Virus record (IMG/VR): IMGVR_UViG_3300044451_000218 | Source of the DNA: an uncultured virus (IMG/VR IMGVR_UViG_3300044451_000218) | Taxonomy: Duplodnaviria > Heunggongvirae > Uroviricota > Caudoviricetes | DNA: 20,000 bases | Reading direction: 5' to 3' (one strand) | Part shown: positions 16,876 through 20,000 of the stretch, piece by piece | Position numbering within the stretch: the stretch's first letter is position 1 | Layout of the letters: every line of letters begins with the position of its first letter | Made by a program: the position numbers and the translations under genes | The notes under the pieces: model-generated | The model's input: only the letters and a program-made list of their open reading frames with translations | Database searches by the model: none | Told to the model about the DNA's origin: nothing

Positions 16876-17093
16876 ATAAGGAAGACAAACGCCGACTCCG
16901 AAACCTCAAGAAGAACATCAAGAAGCTCGGTCACCAGAAACAACGACACAAAACCAAACAACTCCTCAACCAAGACCCGACCAACGAGGAGCTACAACAG
17001 GACAATACCGACTACGGCAAACTTGCCTCCGATACCCTCAACGGACTCGACAAGGATAAGACACGGAAGACCGAGTGGCACCAGAATACATAA
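16872..17093 (+). CDS. small basic hypothetical protein
   Basis: ATGA-coupled start, GGGAG RBS, Lys/Arg-rich. Confidence 0.6.
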   Translation: MNKEDKRRLRNLKKNIKKLGHQKQRHKTKQLLNQDPTNEELQQDNTDYGKLASDTLNGLDKDKTRKTEWHQNT

Positions 17094-17097
17094 CGAC

Positions 17098-18069
17098 ATG
17101 GAAATCTACCAAGACATCGTCGTCAAGGGGAACCTAGTCAAAAAAGGAATTCGCCCCTGCGAGGAACGCTACCAAGCCGTCAGAAACGTCTGCCGACTCT
17201 TCCAAAGACCTATCACCGTACTCGACATCGGCGCGAACCTCGGCTACTTCTCCTTCAAACTCGCACAAGAGTTCAAAGGCACCTTCGTCATGATCGAAGG
17301 CGGCAAAGAAGAACAAAATTACCTCCTCACCCTCTGCAAACTCAACGACAACAACCAAGTCGTTCTACTCAACAAACACATCACCCTACAAGACCTCAAC
17401 GAACTCGCAAACACCGAACACTTCGACATCACTCTCGCACTCAGCGTCATACACTACTTCAACGAACCACTCGACCAAGTCTTCAAAGCCATGACCAGAC
17501 TCGGCAACTACCTCGTCATCGAAATGCCACACCCACAAGAACACGCCCACAACCAACACCGCGTACAACAAGAACCACTCCCCCTACACGAATACCACAC
17601 CGAAATCCTCACCCAAACACCCACACACACCGCGCCCGGACTCAACAGGGACACAATACTCGTTCACTGCCCACAGAAGACACTCGACAAACCGTACTGG
17701 GACTGGCTCCCACACAACAGCTTCTACCAGAAACCCGAAATCGTCTCCACACACGAACTCAAATACATCCAGTTCCAACGCAAACCCGACTCCCGACACT
17801 GGATCGATGGCATCAACTTCTCCACCTTCATCGCACTCAAAGGCAACTTCCCCACCAAACACAAACTCGTTCAGCAACTCAAGAAAATCGATACCTCAAA
17901 CTCCACCGACACCCGACAGTGGAACATGATCCTCTCCAGAGACACAATCACACCCATCGACCACAAAGACCCACAAGCACCACACACCAACCCACAACAC
18001 GAAAGAAATTGCCTCGACACCATCATCCAACGCTTCCAGAACGACCAACTCGCACCCAACGCCCTCTAA
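17098..18069 (+). CDS. class I SAM-dependent methyltransferase with a kinase-like C-terminus (WbdD-like)
   Basis: VLDIGANLGYFS motif I, FDITLALSVIHYF; C-terminal DTRQWNMIL...PID resembling a kinase catalytic loop. Confidence 0.78.
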   Translation: MEIYQDIVVKGNLVKKGIRPCEERYQAVRNVCRLFQRPITVLDIGANLGYFSFKLAQEFKGTFVMIEGGKEEQNYLLTLCKLNDNNQVVLLNKHITLQDLNELANTEHFDITLALSVIHYFNEPLDQVFKAMTRLGNYLVIEMPHPQEHAHNQHRVQQEPLPLHEYHTEILTQTPTHTAPGLNRDTILVHCPQKTLDKPYWDWLPHNSFYQKPEIVSTHELKYIQFQRKPDSRHWIDGINFSTFIALKGNFPTKHKLVQQLKKIDTSNSTDTRQWNMILSRDTITPIDHKDPQAPHTNPQHERNCLDTIIQRFQNDQLAPNAL

Positions 18070-18182
18070 ACACGCGACAATAGCTCACAGGCTATATCCC
18101 CGCGCTACTATAGCCCCACGCGACAATAGCCCCAGAGCTATAGCTTCACGAGGCTATATCCTCACCGGAGCTATAGCCCCAT
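18070..18182. repeat. cluster of short imperfect repeats (CACGCGACAATAGC x2, GGCTATATCC x2, CTATAGC x3)
   Basis: Read directly from the sequence. Confidence 0.6.
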
Positions 18183-19490
18183 GCACACATACACACACCA
18201 AATACCATCCACATATACTCCCACACATCTATCACCACATTCTAATCAGCCCCGCAAAAAGTCTGTGCTAAAACATGAACAGCATACACCCTGGACCAAA
18301 CAGAACCCTGTGCAGACATAATCAGCACAAACACAAATATGTTTTACTTCGCCCAAAATGTCCGAGCCGCTGATTTCAAAGCAATCCATACACACAAATA
18401 AACATCAATGCCAACTAATAGAAACTCGCAGATCGGCGACTAATAGCACCCGAATCCTCACCAACTACTATTAGAAAGTTGTGTGCAACAGGCCGACAAC
18501 ACACCCCTTGACCCAGGTAAAGTCTGATCCACTCAAGCCAAATACCTCTGTGCAAAGGACTTCTGAACAAATCGGTGTATCTCAGATAAATTACGCTCAG
18601 GAAGGCGTCGAGAACTGATTGACTGGATTGTCTTTGTGTCGGTTGGAGGCGCTTGATCCAAGTGGTGGTTTGGTAGCGAGATGGGAGCGGAATAGAAAAT
18701 GGGCCTAGTCCGTTTGCCACCCCGCCCGCCAAAAATCCTCACGCCCAGGTGCGATAAGACATGAGGAACAAATCCCAATCAAATTCAACTTGAAGAAACG
18801 ATGTGTGCAGAATGATTTTCAAAGTGAGATAATGTGGGACAGTGGTAATACAACCCCACCGAACATGTTGAAATTCAAGACAAATAAGCATGTAATTGTT
18901 TGACTTATACCTGAATTGTGTCGAAACCATCGAGCTAAAACATGCCGGGGCAGAGTCACTCCGGGGGGTCTGTGCAAGCTGGTGAGAGTCACTTTGTGCT
19001 AGGGGAGAGGTAATCGCGCCGCGACCCCTGGATTAGCTCTGGGGGTTCTGTGCAAGGTGTTTGGCGTATAACTTTGCTGGTTCTCGGAGGAGTTAGTTGG
19101 CCTATCGGGTGAGCATGGCTTTGCCGGGGCAGAACGGTACATAAGCGTCATTATCGGACTGACTGTAGTTCTGTGCAGATGGTTCTTAGGGAGAGGGACA
19201 TATGGACAATGGATATTTCTACTGTCCATATGGCGAAAAATGACCGAACGGCGAGCATCTTGTCGGGAGAAACACGGACAAACTCAGGGGGAAACGCGAC
19301 ATTCATTTCCGCACAACAGGATCTCGCGTTCCCAGTTGTGTGCAGTGCGGTTCCCAGTTGAGTACCGAGCGGCGCGGCAGTACCTGGGGAGTACCTCCAG
19401 GCTCCCGCGTCCCGCCTGAGTACCTTTCGGCTCCCGGTCGGGGGTTCCGGGGCAGCGGCGACCGAAACTAAAGCGATCTTCAGAATGAAG

Positions 19491-19579
19491 TTTTCAAAGC
19501 GTTGTACTTTGCCTTTCGGCAAAGGTTTTTCATGGCGTTGTACCGGCGATAGTGCTATTTGTTTTTCATAGCGTTGTAC
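19491..19579 (+). repeat. three 17-bp direct repeats TTTTCAWRGCGTTGTAC at a 36-bp period
   Basis: Copies at 19491, 19527, 19563; related copies near 19921 and 19984. Confidence 0.75.
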
Positions 19580-19613
19580 CTGCTGGGTTTCACACCATGT
19601 GCGGGCGGTGCCG

Positions 19614-19634
19614 CGCAATTTCGGAGACTTGGTT
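19614..19634 (+). promoter_or_regulatory. repeated intergenic motif (copy 2)
   Basis: 20/21 identical to 1058-1078. Confidence 0.55.
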
Positions 19635-19672
19635 TGCGCCGCGTGTAGGGTTACACGAACTTGGAGGTTGTC

Positions 19673-19855
19673 ATGCTGATGGCAGAACGGCTCGCGCTGG
19701 CTTGGATGGACGGCGAGTACAGCCTGATGGCGAACTTGCTGCGTGAGTTGGACACGCCGCGAGCGTTCCGCATGGGCGTGCGTGTCTACACGATGATCGA
19801 AGCCCAGTGGGGCAACGGCGCGGACTTCCTCAAGTGGCTCGAAGAGAACATCTAA
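19673..19855 (+). CDS. small hypothetical protein
   Basis: GGAGGT RBS, followed by a terminator. Confidence 0.7.
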   Translation: MLMAERLALAWMDGEYSLMANLLRELDTPRAFRMGVRVYTMIEAQWGNGADFLKWLEENI

Positions 19856-19864
19856 CCCCGGAAC

Positions 19865-19905
19865 AACAAGAACCCCGGAGAGAACCCCTCTCCGGGGTTC
19901 TTGTT
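19865..19905 (+). terminator. intrinsic terminator-like hairpin
   Basis: 18-bp perfect stem AACAAGAACCCCGGAGAG / CTCTCCGGGGTTCTTGTT, 5-nt loop. Confidence 0.7.
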
Positions 19906-20000
19906 TGCGCGGCGGGCCGGTTCATAGCGTTGTACCTGCTGGGGTTCCCCCTCTCCGGGGTTCTTGTTTGCGCGGCGGGCCGGTTCATAGCGTTGTACCT
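19885..20000. repeat. 63-bp-period tandem duplication running off the window end
   Basis: CCCCTCTCCGGGGTTCTTGTTTGCGCGGCGGGCCGGTTCATAGCGTTGTACCT at 19885 and 19948. Confidence 0.85.

Overview
The window looks like a segment of a large (jumbo-type) phage genome: densely packed, mostly + strand genes with ATGA overlaps, many short hypotheticals, a T4-like late-promoter motif, and NAD, MazG and methyltransferase accessory genes. A Planctomycetota-like host is only a guess. The centrepiece (7330-13125) is a compact, divergent type I-E-like CRISPR interference module: cas8e with a C-terminal Cas11-like region, an enlarged cas7, a cas5-HNH nuclease fusion, cas6, then a 13-repeat array. No cas3, cas1 or cas2 is present in the window. 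The array has 36-nt repeats and 34-40-nt spacers, which is atypical for I-E. Hairpins mimicking the repeat stem sit upstream of cas8, cas5 and cas6, and the last one covers the cas6 ribosome-binding site, suggesting Cas6 control of its own operon. A second, unrelated orphan array (14938-15921) has 15 fully hairpin-forming 36-nt repeats that vary by compensatory substitutions, with unique 23-37-nt spacers and no recognisable effector. The right end (about 18.1-19.6 kb) is a non-coding, motif-rich region with a strand-composition switch and is a candidate origin or regulatory region. All family calls come from motif recognition by eye, not database searches.
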